Shown here in pieces: positions 1-10,288 of a stretch of DNA of 64,000 bases; within the stretch, counting starts at the first letter, position 1; every line of letters begins with the position of its first letter. Source of the DNA: an uncultured Clostridia bacterium (GTDB taxonomy: Bacteria > Bacillota > Clostridia > TANB77 > CAG-508); the NCBI GenBank assembly GCA_948857205.1, contig CAQPRV010000041.1:9313-73312 (forward strand). Reading direction: 5' to 3'. The notes under the pieces were generated by a model that had not been told where the DNA came from, ran no database searches, and worked only from the letters and a program-made list of their open reading frames with translations. A program made the position numbers and the translations under genes.

Positions 1-298
1 CTCCAACATTTCCAATATGATATGTTAAATCTTTAATTGTTTTATATGGATCTTGCTTTTCATAAAAAATGGATATATTCATATTTATATTTGTATCAAT
101 TAAAGTTTTTAATAAAAGGTCTGTCTGTTCTCTGTAATAATTTACTACGATTAATCCAGAATAATATAAATTGTCTATTTCTAAATATTTTGGATTTTGT
201 AAATTAATATATGATGGACATATCCTATCTTTTACATCTATTGCTCCATTAAAAAAACTATTCTCTTTTTTATTTAATTTTCTTCTTATTATTTGTAT
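1..298 (-). CDS. hypothetical protein, partial (continues beyond window start); start codon uncertain
   Basis: Open minus-strand frame from ~298 down to position 1 gives a non-low-complexity peptide (…NGAIDVKDRICPSYINLQNPKYLEIDNLYYSGLIVVNYYREQTDLL…). The first in-frame ATG is at 82 only. A GGAGG sits at 302-306. Confidence 0.3.
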   Translation of the reverse strand, partial: MQIIRRKLNKKENSFFNGAIDVKDRICPSYINLQNPKYLEIDNLYYSGLIVVNYYREQTDLLLKTLIDTNINMNISIFYEKQDPYKTIKDLTYHIGNVG

Positions 299-573
299 TT
301 ACCTCCTATCTTAATTTTTAAAAATCATTTCTCCATATCTCTGTTTTTCTTTAATTTTTATTAATATAGATTATAAAAATTTATTTGAACTTAGAATAAA
401 ATTAATTGATTAAAAAATTTTGACTTTTTAATTTTTTTATATGCTCATCTTTCCTCTGTATAAGTTAGTTGCAATTCACTTTGTTAATACAACTAATAAA
501 TGTCTATGTGCTAAATTTATAAAGCAATTTTTTGTACAAATTATTTTATTAAATTCTCAATGTTATATATTTT

Positions 574-1116
574 TTATGTATTATTTAGATTTTTTCTTGT
601 ATTGCAAAATGAATTAAATAACTTTTCTATTTCTTTTTTTTCATTAATTTCTATAATAAAATTACCACATCTAAATAGTGATTCTTTTATTTTAAAATAT
701 TTTTCTTTTAAATCATTTTTAATTATTTCTTCATAATTATTAAATTCATTTTTCTTGTTTAATTGATTTGAAATTACGATATAAAAATTTTTTGATGATG
801 ATTTTTTATTTAAATTTATTTCATTAATATAGTTTATATAATTTTTTGAAATATCTATTAAATATTTATTTTCTTTTTTATTAAGTTTTTTTTCAATATT
901 GGAAATGTGTGATGTTAAATCTTCTTTGTTACTTTGAATTAAAATTTGAATATTAAAATTACAAGTTTTTAAAAAGGTTTTATAAGAATTTAAAATTGCT
1001 TCCTTTTCTAAATCTGATTTTAGATTATAATTTATTGGAATTATTTTTAAAATTTTTATATATTTATTATTTTTTAATTTTATAATTCCATTTTCATGAA
1101 TTTTTTCTATTGGCAT
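574..1116 (-). CDS. hypothetical protein (180 aa, Lys/Asn-rich)
   Basis: Complete ORF in the track. I recognise no motif. Confidence 0.4.
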   Translation of the reverse strand: MPIEKIHENGIIKLKNNKYIKILKIIPINYNLKSDLEKEAILNSYKTFLKTCNFNIQILIQSNKEDLTSHISNIEKKLNKKENKYLIDISKNYINYINEINLNKKSSSKNFYIVISNQLNKKNEFNNYEEIIKNDLKEKYFKIKESLFRCGNFIIEINEKKEIEKLFNSFCNTRKNLNNT

Positions 1117-1379
1117 CCATTCTTGTGTTGATTTTACTTTAATAATTTCACCTCCATTTTTTCAGTATTCTACCTTATCTTATCTTTATTGTCAACTACT
1201 TTTCATCTACATTTTTCGACATATGTTAATATATGTTGTTTTTTAAATTGAAGTATAAACCATAAATTTAAAAGAAGAATGCAACTGAGATCAAAGTATA
1301 AATAATAAAAAAATTTTTTTGAAATTTTTGAATAATTTTTTCTTTTATGTTCATAATAATGATATAAGGTTAATAATAG

Positions 1380-1800
1380 TTGAGCCAAGAGTATTAATAG
1401 ATATTGATTTGTTTATTAATATTCGGACAAAGATTTATTATAGTGTATTAAATATATTATAATAGGTCGGCGATAAGAATATATTATGTGTATGTAGGCT
1501 ATATAATAATTTTAGATTTTTATTCTCTTTAAAAATATATGGTCAAATTATATGTAATATACTCGAGCTAAGATTATTCTTATATCTAAGCTTTTTAGTG
1601 GTTATTATTAGTCCCTTTGGGATGAATACAGTCACTTTTGGTGTATTAATGGTCGAGCGAAGGATTAATGTATGTGGTAGAGGGCTTATTTATATAGCAA
1701 TATATATTAGGTTTGAATATTAGGTATATTAGTTTTAGCTAAGATTATTATTAGCTTTATAGATTAATGGCAGATAAAATATTAATTTTATCTGCCATTA
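1380..1800. repeat. AT-rich non-coding spacer with periodically recurring GC-containing motifs (…GGTCGGCGATAAGAAT…, …CTCGAGCTAAGATTATT…, …GGTCGAGCGAAGGATTAAT…, …TTAGCTAAGATTATT…)
   Basis: Motif family recurs every ~85-100 bp between gyrB 3' end and the next ORF; no ORF. Confidence 0.3.
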
Positions 1801-1801
1801 A
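1768..1801 (-). terminator. hairpin immediately downstream of gyrB stop (AATGGCAGATAAAAT / ATTTTATCTGCCATT, 15-bp stem)
   Basis: Perfect 15-bp inverted repeat with 4-5 nt loop abutting the gyrB stop codon; weak U-tract. Confidence 0.5.
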
Positions 1802-1809
1802 AATATTAA

Positions 1810-3738
1810 TTAAATATCCAAATTTTTAACATATTTAGCATTTTTTTGAATAAACTCTCTTCTTGGTTCAACTTCATCTCCCATTAATAAAGTAAATATT
1901 TCATCTGCTTTAATTGCATCTTCCATTGTAACTTTAACTAAAATTCTAGTTTCAGGATTCATTGTTGTATCCCATAATTGTTCTGGATTCATCTCACCTA
2001 AACCTTTATATCTTTGTAAACCAAGTTGATCTCTTGTTATTCCCTTTTCTTCTAATTCTTTATAAGATTTTTCTAAATCTTCATCTGTATAACAATAAAT
2101 ATCTTCCATACCTTTTTTAGATAATTTATATAAAGGTGGTTGAGCTAAATAAACATTTCCATTTTCAATTAATGGTCTCATATATCTGAAGAAAAAGGTT
2201 AATAATAAGGTTCTAATATGTGCACCATCAACATCGGCATCAGCCATAATTATTACTTTTCCATATCTAATCTTTGTTATATCGAAGTCTGCACCTATTC
2301 CAGCACCTACAGCTAAAATGACTGGATTTAATTTATCATTTCCATATATTTTGTCAGCTCTTGCCTTTTCTACATTTAACATTTTTCCCCATAATGGTAA
2401 AATTGCTTGAAATTTTCTATCTCTTCCCTGTTTTGCACTTCCACCAGCTGAGTCACCTTCTACAATATATACTTCACATTCATCTGCCACTTTACTACTA
2501 CAGTCTGCTAATTTTCCTGGTAAAGTAGAAGTTTCTAAAGAATTTTTCTTTCTTACTAATTCTCTTGCTTTTCTTGCTGCTTCTCTAGCACGAGATGCAC
2601 TTATACATTTTTCTAATATGGATTTTGCAACATTTGGATTTTCTTCTAAAAAAGTAGTTAAAGATTCATTAACCATACTTTGAACAACACCTGTTACTTC
2701 ACTATTTCCTAGTTTTGTCTTTGTTTGTCCCTCAAATTGGGGTTCTTTTACTTTTACAGAAACAACAGCAGTGATACCTTCTCTTATATCTTCACCTTGT
2801 AAATTATTATCCTTCTCTTTTAAAATATTATGATTTCTTGCATAATCATTAAATACTTTTGTTAAAGATCTTTTAAAGCCCTCTAAATGAGTTCCACCTT
2901 CAATTGTATTAATGTTATTTACAAAGGTATAAATATTCTCTGAATAACTAGTTGTGTATTGAATTGCAATTTCTACTGGAACTTCTCCACCTTTTTCTAC
3001 ATAAATTGGTGTCTTATTTAACTTTTCTTTATTTTTATTTAAATATTCAACAAAGGAAATTAATCCACCTTCATAACAAAACTCTGCTTTTTTAGGTGTT
3101 TCTTCTCTTTTATCTTCAATAGTAATTTTTAAACCTTTTGTTAAAAAGGCAATTTCTCTAAATCTTTTTTCTAATACTTCATATTCATATTCTAAACTTT
3201 CAAAAATTGTATCATCTGCTAAAAATCTAACTTTTGTTCCACTACCTTCTGCTTCTCCAATTTTTTCTAATTTTTGTACAGTTTTACCTTTTTCAAATTT
3301 CATATTATACAAGCAACCATCTCTTTTTATAGTTACTTCTGTCCACGTAGATAATGCATTTACTACAGATGCACCAACACCATGAAGTCCTCCTGATACT
3401 TTATATCCACTATCTCCCCCAAATTTTCCTCCAGCATGTAGAACTGTGTATACTGTTTCAGCAGTAGAAATTTTTGTTTTTGGATGTATTTCAACTGGAA
3501 TTCCTCTACCATTATCTTGAACACTTATTATATTTCCTGGTTCTATTACAACATTTATTTCTGTACAATAACCTGCTAAAGCTTCATCAACACCATTATC
3601 TACAATTTCATATACACAATGATGTAATCCTCTAACAGATGTACTACCTATATACATACCTGGTCTTTTTCTTACAGCTTCAAGACCTTCTAATACTTGA
3701 ATTTGTTCAGCTCCATACTTATGCTCGTATTTTTCCAT
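1810..3738 (-). CDS. gyrB: DNA gyrase subunit B
   Basis: 642 aa. N-term [37 protein letters not shown] ATPase and TOPRIM motifs ([15 protein letters not shown]). C-term …KNLDI. Confidence 0.97.
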   Translation of the reverse strand: MEKYEHKYGAEQIQVLEGLEAVRKRPGMYIGSTSVRGLHHCVYEIVDNGVDEALAGYCTEINVVIEPGNIISVQDNGRGIPVEIHPKTKISTAETVYTVLHAGGKFGGDSGYKVSGGLHGVGASVVNALSTWTEVTIKRDGCLYNMKFEKGKTVQKLEKIGEAEGSGTKVRFLADDTIFESLEYEYEVLEKRFREIAFLTKGLKITIEDKREETPKKAEFCYEGGLISFVEYLNKNKEKLNKTPIYVEKGGEVPVEIAIQYTTSYSENIYTFVNNINTIEGGTHLEGFKRSLTKVFNDYARNHNILKEKDNNLQGEDIREGITAVVSVKVKEPQFEGQTKTKLGNSEVTGVVQSMVNESLTTFLEENPNVAKSILEKCISASRAREAARKARELVRKKNSLETSTLPGKLADCSSKVADECEVYIVEGDSAGGSAKQGRDRKFQAILPLWGKMLNVEKARADKIYGNDKLNPVILAVGAGIGADFDITKIRYGKVIIMADADVDGAHIRTLLLTFFFRYMRPLIENGNVYLAQPPLYKLSKKGMEDIYCYTDEDLEKSYKELEEKGITRDQLGLQRYKGLGEMNPEQLWDTTMNPETRILVKVTMEDAIKADEIFTLLMGDEVEPRREFIQKNAKYVKNLDI

Positions 3739-3785
3739 TTAACTTCCTCCTTATTGGTAATAATTTTAGTATTGTCTATTTTCTA

Positions 3786-4859
3786 CTATTCCTCTTTAAA
3801 AATTTTACCATTTGCTACATTATATATTAAAACTTTTTTATTTTCAATATTAAATTTTTCTGTGCATGTAATAATTATTTGAGTATATTTTATGTTTTTT
3901 AAAAAATTTTTTCTTCTATTTTCATCTAATTCAGACATAAAGTCATCTAATAATAAAATAGGTTCTTCTCCTGTTTCTTCTTTTATTATATTTAATTCAC
4001 ATAGTTTTAAGGATAAAATTGCAGTTCTGTGCTGACCTTGTGAACCATATACATTTACTTCTTTATCATTAATATATATGGTAAAATCATCTCTATGAAT
4101 ACCTTTTGTTGTAAAACCTTTTATGATATCTAATTTTCTTTTTTGTTTTAATAAATTTAAATATTCTTCTTTATTTTTAAATTCTACTAGATATTCTATA
4201 TTAATCTTTTCCTTTTTATTAGTAATTTCTTCATGAATTTTCTCTATTTTCTCTTTAATTTTATTTATAAACTCTTTTCTATAATTGTAAATATTAATTG
4301 CATAATCTGCTAGCTTTTCATCCCATATATCAAGTAAGTTTTCATCCTTTTTTTCCTCTTTAATCTGTCTTAAATAATTGTTCCTTTGCTCTAAAGTTTT
4401 AGAATATAAACTTAAATTATACATATAATTAGGTTTTAATTGACTTATCATAATATCTAAAAATCTTCTTCTACTTTGAGGTCCACCTTTTAAAATATTT
4501 ATGTCATCAGGTGTAAATATTACTATATTAAGATTTCCTAATAATTCACTTAACTTTTTTAATTTTATTTCATTTAAAAAAACAGATTTTTTATTATCTA
4601 ACTCAATTTTTATTTTTCCTTCTCTATCTAACTTTTCAAAAAATACTTCAACACGTGAATTTTCTTCCTTTAGCTTTATCATTTCTTTATCTTTTTTTGC
4701 TCTAAAGGACTTACCCATGCTACTTAAAAAAATTGCTTCTATAATATTAGTTTTTCCTTGTGCATTTTCTCCATAAAATATATTTATATTTTTATCTAGG
4801 TATATTTCTTCATTATTATAATTTCTAAAATTATTTAAATTTACTTTTTTTATCCACAT
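3786..4859 (-). CDS. recF: DNA replication/repair protein RecF
   Basis: 357 aa. MWIKKVNLNNFRNY…GENAQGKTNIIEAI (Walker A) … LLLDDFMSELD (Walker B/signature). Confidence 0.95.
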   Translation of the reverse strand: MWIKKVNLNNFRNYNNEEIYLDKNINIFYGENAQGKTNIIEAIFLSSMGKSFRAKKDKEMIKLKEENSRVEVFFEKLDREGKIKIELDNKKSVFLNEIKLKKLSELLGNLNIVIFTPDDINILKGGPQSRRRFLDIMISQLKPNYMYNLSLYSKTLEQRNNYLRQIKEEKKDENLLDIWDEKLADYAINIYNYRKEFINKIKEKIEKIHEEITNKKEKINIEYLVEFKNKEEYLNLLKQKRKLDIIKGFTTKGIHRDDFTIYINDKEVNVYGSQGQHRTAILSLKLCELNIIKEETGEEPILLLDDFMSELDENRRKNFLKNIKYTQIIITCTEKFNIENKKVLIYNVANGKIFKEE

Positions 4860-4959
4860 ATTATAACCCCATTTTGTGTATAATTTTATTATTAATTTAT
4901 CTAATTTATTCTTTTTTTCTCTTTTTTTTTCTTCTTTTTTCTTTTTATTTTATATTTTA

Positions 4960-5210
4960 TAATTATCCACTTTGTACATTTAAATATATATTTTTTATCT
5001 TTGTATTTAAAAATCTCCTTATTTTCTTTTTTTCTAGGCTTACTTATCTTATGGATAGTTTAAAATATAAAAACTCCATTTTTCTATTTTATTCTATTTT
5101 ATTCTTTTTTTTTCTTTTTATTTCTAATTTATTTGATTTTTTATTTGAAATAGTTATCAACTTAGTTATCCACATTTTGTGGTTTTCTTGTGGATAATTT
5201 AATCCACAGA
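4960..5210. promoter_or_regulatory. DnaA-box cluster in dnaN-recF spacer
   Basis: TTATCCACT at 4963-4971, TTATCCACA at 5166-5174, TGTGGATAA at 5189-5197, AATCCACAG at 5201-5209; 456-bp gap with no credible ORF. Confidence 0.5.
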
Positions 5211-5315
5211 ATTTATTTTTGTTAATATAGAATACCCTATATAGAAAGTTATCATACTATGATTATTTTTCTAGAATATAAAAGAAAAGGCAGAACTTTT
5301 TCTACCTTAACTTTT

Positions 5316-6437
5316 TTATGTATCTTCTTTTAATCTGATTGGTAAAATCATATAAGTATAGTCTGTATTTTCTAACGATTTTATTAAACATGGTGAGATA
5401 CTTGTTCCAAATTCTATATAAACCTCTTCATCTTCTATTGCTTTTAGACTGTCAAGAAAATATTTAGGATTAAAACCTGCTTCTAAATTTTTTCCTTCAG
5501 TTGAAATAAATAATTCTTCTTTTGCATCTCCAGTTTGGTTTGTACAAGATATTGTTACTTTTCCTATATCTACCTTTACTTTTACTGGATATTTCTTTTC
5601 TTTTTCAATAGATGATGATGAAATTAAACTGATTCTTTCAAAACTATCTTGTATACTATTTTTACTAACTTTTATTCTTGTTTCCCAATTACTTGGAATT
5701 ACATTTTTATAGTTTAAAAATTCACCATCTAAGATTCTAGTTACTATTTTACAATTATCCATTTCAAATAATGCTTGATTTTTAGAAATTCCAATTTTTA
5801 TATTTTCAAAAGAATCTGATATTATTTTATTAACTTCGTTTAAAGTTTTACCTGGAATTACTGCTTTAAAATCTTTTGATTGTTTATTTAAGTAAATTGT
5901 TCTTAAAGCTAATCTAAATCCATCTACTGCTACTAAATTTAACTTATTGTTTTCCACTTCAAATAAACAACCTGTGAATATTGGTCTACTTTCTTCTGTA
6001 CTAACTGCAAATATTGTTTTCCTAATCATATTTTTTAAAGCACTCTGTTCTATTTCTATAGAATTTTCTATTTCAATCTTTGGTAATTCAGGGAATTCTT
6101 CTGGATTCATAGTTGCTAATTTATATAAAGCTCCTTCACATTCAATTTCTAATAGATTTTTTTCATTTAAGGTTATGTTTATTTCTGTATCTGGTAGCTT
6201 TCTTATTATTTCACTAAACATTATGGCATTTACTACTGTACTTCCCTGTTCTTTAATTTCACATTCCATTACATATTCTATACCAATTTCTGTATCATAA
6301 GTTGTTAATTTTATTTCTTTATCATTTGTTTGAATTAATATTCCCTCTAATATGGGCATTGTTGTTTTAGATGCTACTCCTTTTACTACGGAATTTATAG
6401 CTTTGAGTATTTGGTCTTTATAACAAACAATTTTCAT
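5316..6437 (-). CDS. dnaN: DNA polymerase III beta sliding clamp
   Basis: 373 aa, MKIVCYKDQILKAINSVVKGVASKTTMPILEGILI…; position between dnaA and recF. Confidence 0.95.
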   Translation of the reverse strand: MKIVCYKDQILKAINSVVKGVASKTTMPILEGILIQTNDKEIKLTTYDTEIGIEYVMECEIKEQGSTVVNAIMFSEIIRKLPDTEINITLNEKNLLEIECEGALYKLATMNPEEFPELPKIEIENSIEIEQSALKNMIRKTIFAVSTEESRPIFTGCLFEVENNKLNLVAVDGFRLALRTIYLNKQSKDFKAVIPGKTLNEVNKIISDSFENIKIGISKNQALFEMDNCKIVTRILDGEFLNYKNVIPSNWETRIKVSKNSIQDSFERISLISSSSIEKEKKYPVKVKVDIGKVTISCTNQTGDAKEELFISTEGKNLEAGFNPKYFLDSLKAIEDEEVYIEFGTSISPCLIKSLENTDYTYMILPIRLKEDT

Positions 6438-6744
6438 TTCAAATCCTCCTTATATAATAAATAATATTTATAGTAGTAATAGTATTAGGTATTGTGGAAA
6501 CTGTGGAAAACTATGTTGAAAGTTAGAATCCCTAAAAAAATGCATGTTTATGATTTAGTGGAAAACTCTTAATTAAATCCACAGTTTTTTTTTTGCTTGT
6601 GTAAATTTTGACATATACACATGTTTTAAACATGTTATTAACATTAGTATGTGGATATCGAACATATTAGTTCCGTAAGAATAGAAACGATATGTTTTTC
6701 CAAACAGTTATTTTTCAAACACAAATTTTTAGAAAAAGTTCAAA
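6438..6744. promoter_or_regulatory. dnaA-dnaN intergenic part of oriC (DnaA-box-like repeats plus AT-rich candidate unwinding element)
   Basis: TGTGGAAA x2 (6493-6509), AAATCCACA (6575-6583), TGTGGATAT (6649-6657), very AT-rich 6600-6744; canonical location of the DUE in Firmicutes. Confidence 0.5.
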
Positions 6745-8109
6745 TTAGTTTTTACTCTTATTTTTTTCATCTGTAATTATGTTTTTCACACTATCCACAA
6801 TTAACTTGGTATTACTTTTTTCTTTTGTGTCTTTTTCTATTTTTCTACATGCATGCATAACTGTTGAATGGTCTCTACCCCCAAATTCTGTTCCAATTTG
6901 AGGATATGACATATTTGCAACAGACCTACATAAGTACATTGCAATTTGTCTTGGAAATGCAATGTCATTTGATCTCTTATTTCCAGATAAATCATCTTTG
7001 TTGATATTAAAGTATTTAGCTACCGTTTCTTTTATGAAGTCGCTAGAGATTACTTTTTCATTATTGTATTTGAATTCATTTATACTTTTTTCAGCTAGTT
7101 CTATTGTTATAGGACTATGTGTTAAAGAAGCGATTGCAACTACTTTATTAAAAACTCCTTCTAGTTCTCTGATGTTTGAGTCTATTTTGTTTGCTATATT
7201 AGATAATATAAAGTCATCTATTACTATGTTTTCGTCTTGAGCTTTTTTTCTTAGTATTGCAAGTCTTGTTTCATAATCTGGGCAAGATATGTCAGCTAGT
7301 AATCCCCATTCGAATCTAGATTTTAGTCTATCCTCTAAAAATGGTATATCCCTAGGAGGTTTGTCACTTGAAATGATGATTTGTTTACCATTTTCAAATA
7401 GTGTATTGAAGGTATGGAAAAATTCTTCCTGTATTCTTTCTTTTTTTGCTATAAATTGGATATCGTCTATTAATAGAACATCAATATTTCTATATTTGTT
7501 TCTAAAGACTTCATTTTTGTTATCTCTTATTGCGTTTATTAATTGATTTGTAAAGGTTTCAGAAGTTACATATAAAACATTATAATTTTTGTATTTTTCA
7601 ATAATTCTGTTTCCAATTGCGTTCATTAAGTGAGTTTTACCTAAACCCACTCCACCATATAAAAACAAAGGATTATAGGATTTTGCAGGTTCATTACCTA
7701 CTGCTAAGGCTGCAGCATAGGCCAATCTATTATTGTCCCCTACTACAAAAGTTTCAAAAGTGTATTTTAAATTTAGTGTTATTCTATTTTTTTCTGTTTC
7801 AGGTGATGTTGTAGTGGAATTATTTGTTTCTGGAGCTTTTTCATTAAAACTATCTTCTTCTGTTAGATCTATAACTGAATATGTCCATTCTTTGTTTGTT
7901 ATGTATCTTAGTGTATTTAATAATAAACTTCTATATTTGTTTTCTATAAAATCTTTTTGAAATTCAGAATTTGTAGTAAATACAATATTATTTCCTTCTA
8001 TACTTTTAATGTCTAAAGGAACTATCCAGGTATCATAAGAGATTTGGGTTAGTTCAGGTTTTAATAATTCTCTTATCTTTGTTATTAACTCTTCTTTTTC
8101 TATTGTCAT
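6745..8109 (-). CDS. dnaA: chromosomal replication initiator DnaA
   Basis: AAA+ motifs GGVGLGKTHL and LLIDDIQF, and C-terminal DNA-binding domain. I place the start at MTIEKEEL (ATG at 8107-8109 with RBS AAAGGATGA). The track ORF extends 16 codons upstream through the DnaA boxes from a TTG. Confidence 0.95.
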   Translation of the reverse strand: MTIEKEELITKIRELLKPELTQISYDTWIVPLDIKSIEGNNIVFTTNSEFQKDFIENKYRSLLLNTLRYITNKEWTYSVIDLTEEDSFNEKAPETNNSTTTSPETEKNRITLNLKYTFETFVVGDNNRLAYAAALAVGNEPAKSYNPLFLYGGVGLGKTHLMNAIGNRIIEKYKNYNVLYVTSETFTNQLINAIRDNKNEVFRNKYRNIDVLLIDDIQFIAKKERIQEEFFHTFNTLFENGKQIIISSDKPPRDIPFLEDRLKSRFEWGLLADISCPDYETRLAILRKKAQDENIVIDDFILSNIANKIDSNIRELEGVFNKVVAIASLTHSPITIELAEKSINEFKYNNEKVISSDFIKETVAKYFNINKDDLSGNKRSNDIAFPRQIAMYLCRSVANMSYPQIGTEFGGRDHSTVMHACRKIEKDTKEKSNTKLIVDSVKNIITDEKNKSKN

Positions 8110-8480
8110 TAAAGAATCATCCTTTCTTGAAAAAATTATCCACAAAATTATCCACAAATGTTAATAACTTTGTAATATTTTTGTAAAATAAAGAGTATTT
8201 ATACGAACATTTATTTATTGATTTCTATTATAAAATCTCATCTATTTTGTGCTTTTCATATAATAACAAATTTAAGCATAATAAGTCAATATTAATGTGG
8301 AAAAAAATTAGAAAATGTGGATAATAGTCAAAAAAAGTGTGGAAAACGGAGAAATATTACAAAAATATTACAAAAAAACTAAAATCAAGTACATAAAAAA
8401 ACAAAGAATAAAATAAGCAGTAGATAAAGCTGAAATATAACTATGCGTAGGAAAAAAATTATAAAAAATGACAAATTCTA
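8110..8480. promoter_or_regulatory. oriC upstream-of-dnaA part: DnaA boxes
   Basis: TTATCCACA at 8136-8144 and 8148-8156 (tandem, just upstream of dnaA start), TGTGGATAA at 8316-8324, TGTGGAAAA at 8296-8304 and 8338-8346; divergent dnaA / rpmH arrangement. Confidence 0.55.
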
Positions 8481-8510
8481 TTGACAACATATAATCAACT
8501 AAGGTATAAT
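8481..8510 (+). promoter_or_regulatory. sigma-A-type promoter of rpmH (TTGACA-18-TATAAT)
   Basis: TTGACA 8481-8486, TATAAT 8505-8510, 18-nt spacer, ~55 nt upstream of rpmH ATG. Confidence 0.55.
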
Positions 8511-8563
8511 CGATGTACTTGTTATTTTAGATAAATAAATCAAAATTTAGGAGGTGCTAAAAA

Positions 8564-8698
8564 ATGAAGAGAACATTTCAACCAAAAAATAGACAAGAAA
8601 AAAGAGAACACGGATTTATGAAAAGAATGAAAACAGCATCAGGAAGAAAAGTATTAAAAGCTAGAAGAGCAAAAGGAAGAAAAAAACTAAGTGCATAG
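8564..8698 (+). CDS. rpmH: 50S ribosomal protein L34
   Basis: 44 aa [44 protein letters not shown]; RBS AGGAGGTG; below the 60-aa cutoff so not in the ORF track. Confidence 0.95.
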   Translation: MKRTFQPKNRQEKREHGFMKRMKTASGRKVLKARRAKGRKKLSA

Positions 8699-8717
8699 GG
8701 TATAAAAATAATGTTTT

Positions 8718-8744
8718 AAAGGCCGTAGCAACGAGCCTTTTATA
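8718..8744 (+). terminator. hairpin between rpmH and rnpA (AAAGGC…GCCTTT + TTAT)
   Basis: 6-bp GC-containing stem, 11-nt loop, followed by T-rich run; typical partial terminator/attenuator position. Confidence 0.35.
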
Positions 8745-8804
8745 CATACTCTATAAAAAAATTTTTCATTAAACATCAAACAATCCTATAGAGAGGACAA
8801 GATA

Positions 8805-9158
8805 ATGAAAAAAACAAAAACACTAAAAAAAAATTATGAATTTAAATACGTTTTATCAAAAGGAACTTATTACTCAGGAAAGCACATAGAAACCTTTATA
8901 AAAAAAAATAACAAAAACTATAACAACATAGGAATAGCAATTAGTGTAAAGATAGCAAATGCAGTAGTAAGAAATAAAATAAAAAGACTAATAAGAGAAA
9001 GTTATAAAAATATAGAAAACGAGACAAAAAATGGATATAGTATAGTATTTTTATGGAAAAAGAAAGCAGACATAAAAAATGCAAACTATGAAAATGTGGA
9101 AAAAGATATAAAAAAAATATTTGATAAAGCAAAAATAATAATAGAGGGAAAAGAATGA
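8805..9158 (+). CDS. rnpA: ribonuclease P protein component
   Basis: 117 aa, …KKNYEFKYVLSKG…AVVRNKIKRLIRE… (RNase P protein signature). Confidence 0.9.
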   Translation: MKKTKTLKKNYEFKYVLSKGTYYSGKHIETFIKKNNKNYNNIGIAISVKIANAVVRNKIKRLIRESYKNIENETKNGYSIVFLWKKKADIKNANYENVEKDIKKIFDKAKIIIEGKE

Positions 9159-9373
9159 AAAAGTTACTAATATCCTTAATTGAAATATATCAAAAAAATA
9201 TATCAATATGGATTGAAAGTAAAAATATACATTGCAAATTCTATCCAACCTGTTCAGAATATACAAAACAAGCCATAGAAAAATATGGAGTAGGGAGAGG
9301 TATAGCAAAAGGAATTGCAAGAATAATAAGATGCAATCCTTTCACAAAAGGCGGGTATGATCCGTTAAAATAG
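9155..9373 (+). CDS. yidD: membrane protein insertion efficiency factor YidD
   Basis: 72 aa, CKFYPTCSEYTKQAIEKYGVGRGIAKGIARIIRCNPF…GGYDP; 4-nt overlap with rnpA. Confidence 0.85.
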   Translation: MKKLLISLIEIYQKNISIWIESKNIHCKFYPTCSEYTKQAIEKYGVGRGIAKGIARIIRCNPFTKGGYDPLK

Positions 9374-9393
9374 ATTTAGGAGGAACAAAATAA

Positions 9394-10275
9394 ATGTTTC
9401 AATTTTTGGCAAACATTTTTGGATACTTATTAGAATTACTATACAATCTAGTTAACAACTATGGTATAGCCATAATATTATTCACAGTAATAATAAAATT
9501 ATTATTATTACCATTATCAATAAAACAACAAAGAACAACTAAAAAAAGTGCAGAATTGCAAGAAAAGATGAAAGCAATACAGTTCAAATATAAAAATGAT
9601 CCAGAAAAAATGAATCAAGAAGTAATGAGCTTATATAAATCAGAAAATATGAGTCCATTAAGTGGATGTCTAACAGCAATAATACAATTTTTATTGTTAC
9701 TATCAATATTTTATTTAGTTAGAAGTCCATTAACCTATATGGAGAAAATACCAGTAGATAACATAAACAACTATGTATCACAACTACAAGAAGAAGGACA
9801 AACAGTAAGTAATGTTTATCCTGAGATTTACTTAATAAGAGAATATGGAAAATTAAAAGAAAAAAATCCAGAAGATCCTAATATAGAAAAAATAAACATT
9901 AAAATGAACTTTTTTGGCTTAGATTTAAGCAAAATACCACAACAAAACATGGGAGATTTCACAGTATATATAATTCCAGTTTTATATATAATATCATCCT
10001 TTGTATCAATAAAAATGACTACAAAACAACAAGAAAAAGTTAGAAAAGAAAGCAAGAAATCAGTAATAGACGCAGAAACAGGAGAAGAAGTAAAAGAAGG
10101 AAATAATGAAATGGATGCAGTAATGCAAACAAATAAAATGATGTCTTGGATGATGCCAATAATGTCTATTTCAATTGCTTTAGTTGCACCTTTAGGCTTA
10201 GCTTTATATTGGCTAATAAACAATATACTTATGATAATAGAGAGAACAATATTAGACAAATTCATAAAAGACTAA
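9394..10275 (+). CDS. yidC: membrane protein insertase YidC/OxaA/SpoIIIJ
   Basis: 293 aa polytopic; conserved position after rnpA/yidD; …PLGLALYWLINNILMIIE. Confidence 0.9.
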   Translation: MFQFLANIFGYLLELLYNLVNNYGIAIILFTVIIKLLLLPLSIKQQRTTKKSAELQEKMKAIQFKYKNDPEKMNQEVMSLYKSENMSPLSGCLTAIIQFLLLLSIFYLVRSPLTYMEKIPVDNINNYVSQLQEEGQTVSNVYPEIYLIREYGKLKEKNPEDPNIEKINIKMNFFGLDLSKIPQQNMGDFTVYIIPVLYIISSFVSIKMTTKQQEKVRKESKKSVIDAETGEEVKEGNNEMDAVMQTNKMMSWMMPIMSISIALVAPLGLALYWLINNILMIIERTILDKFIKD

Positions 10276-10288
10276 AGGAGGATATAAA

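Noticed and set aside
1203-1388. 61-aa minus-strand ORF
   Set aside because: It is short and hydrophobic/low-complexity, with no RBS, and overlaps the repeat-bearing spacer.
3639-3882. Two short plus-strand ORFs overlapping the gyrB start and recF end
   Set aside because: They are antisense to well-supported genes and have a hydrophobic low-complexity composition.
4874-5197. Plus-strand ORF of 107 aa in the dnaN-recF spacer
   Set aside because: The translation is poly-Phe/Leu low complexity from a T-rich intergenic region that also carries DnaA boxes. There is no RBS and it is not credible as a gene.
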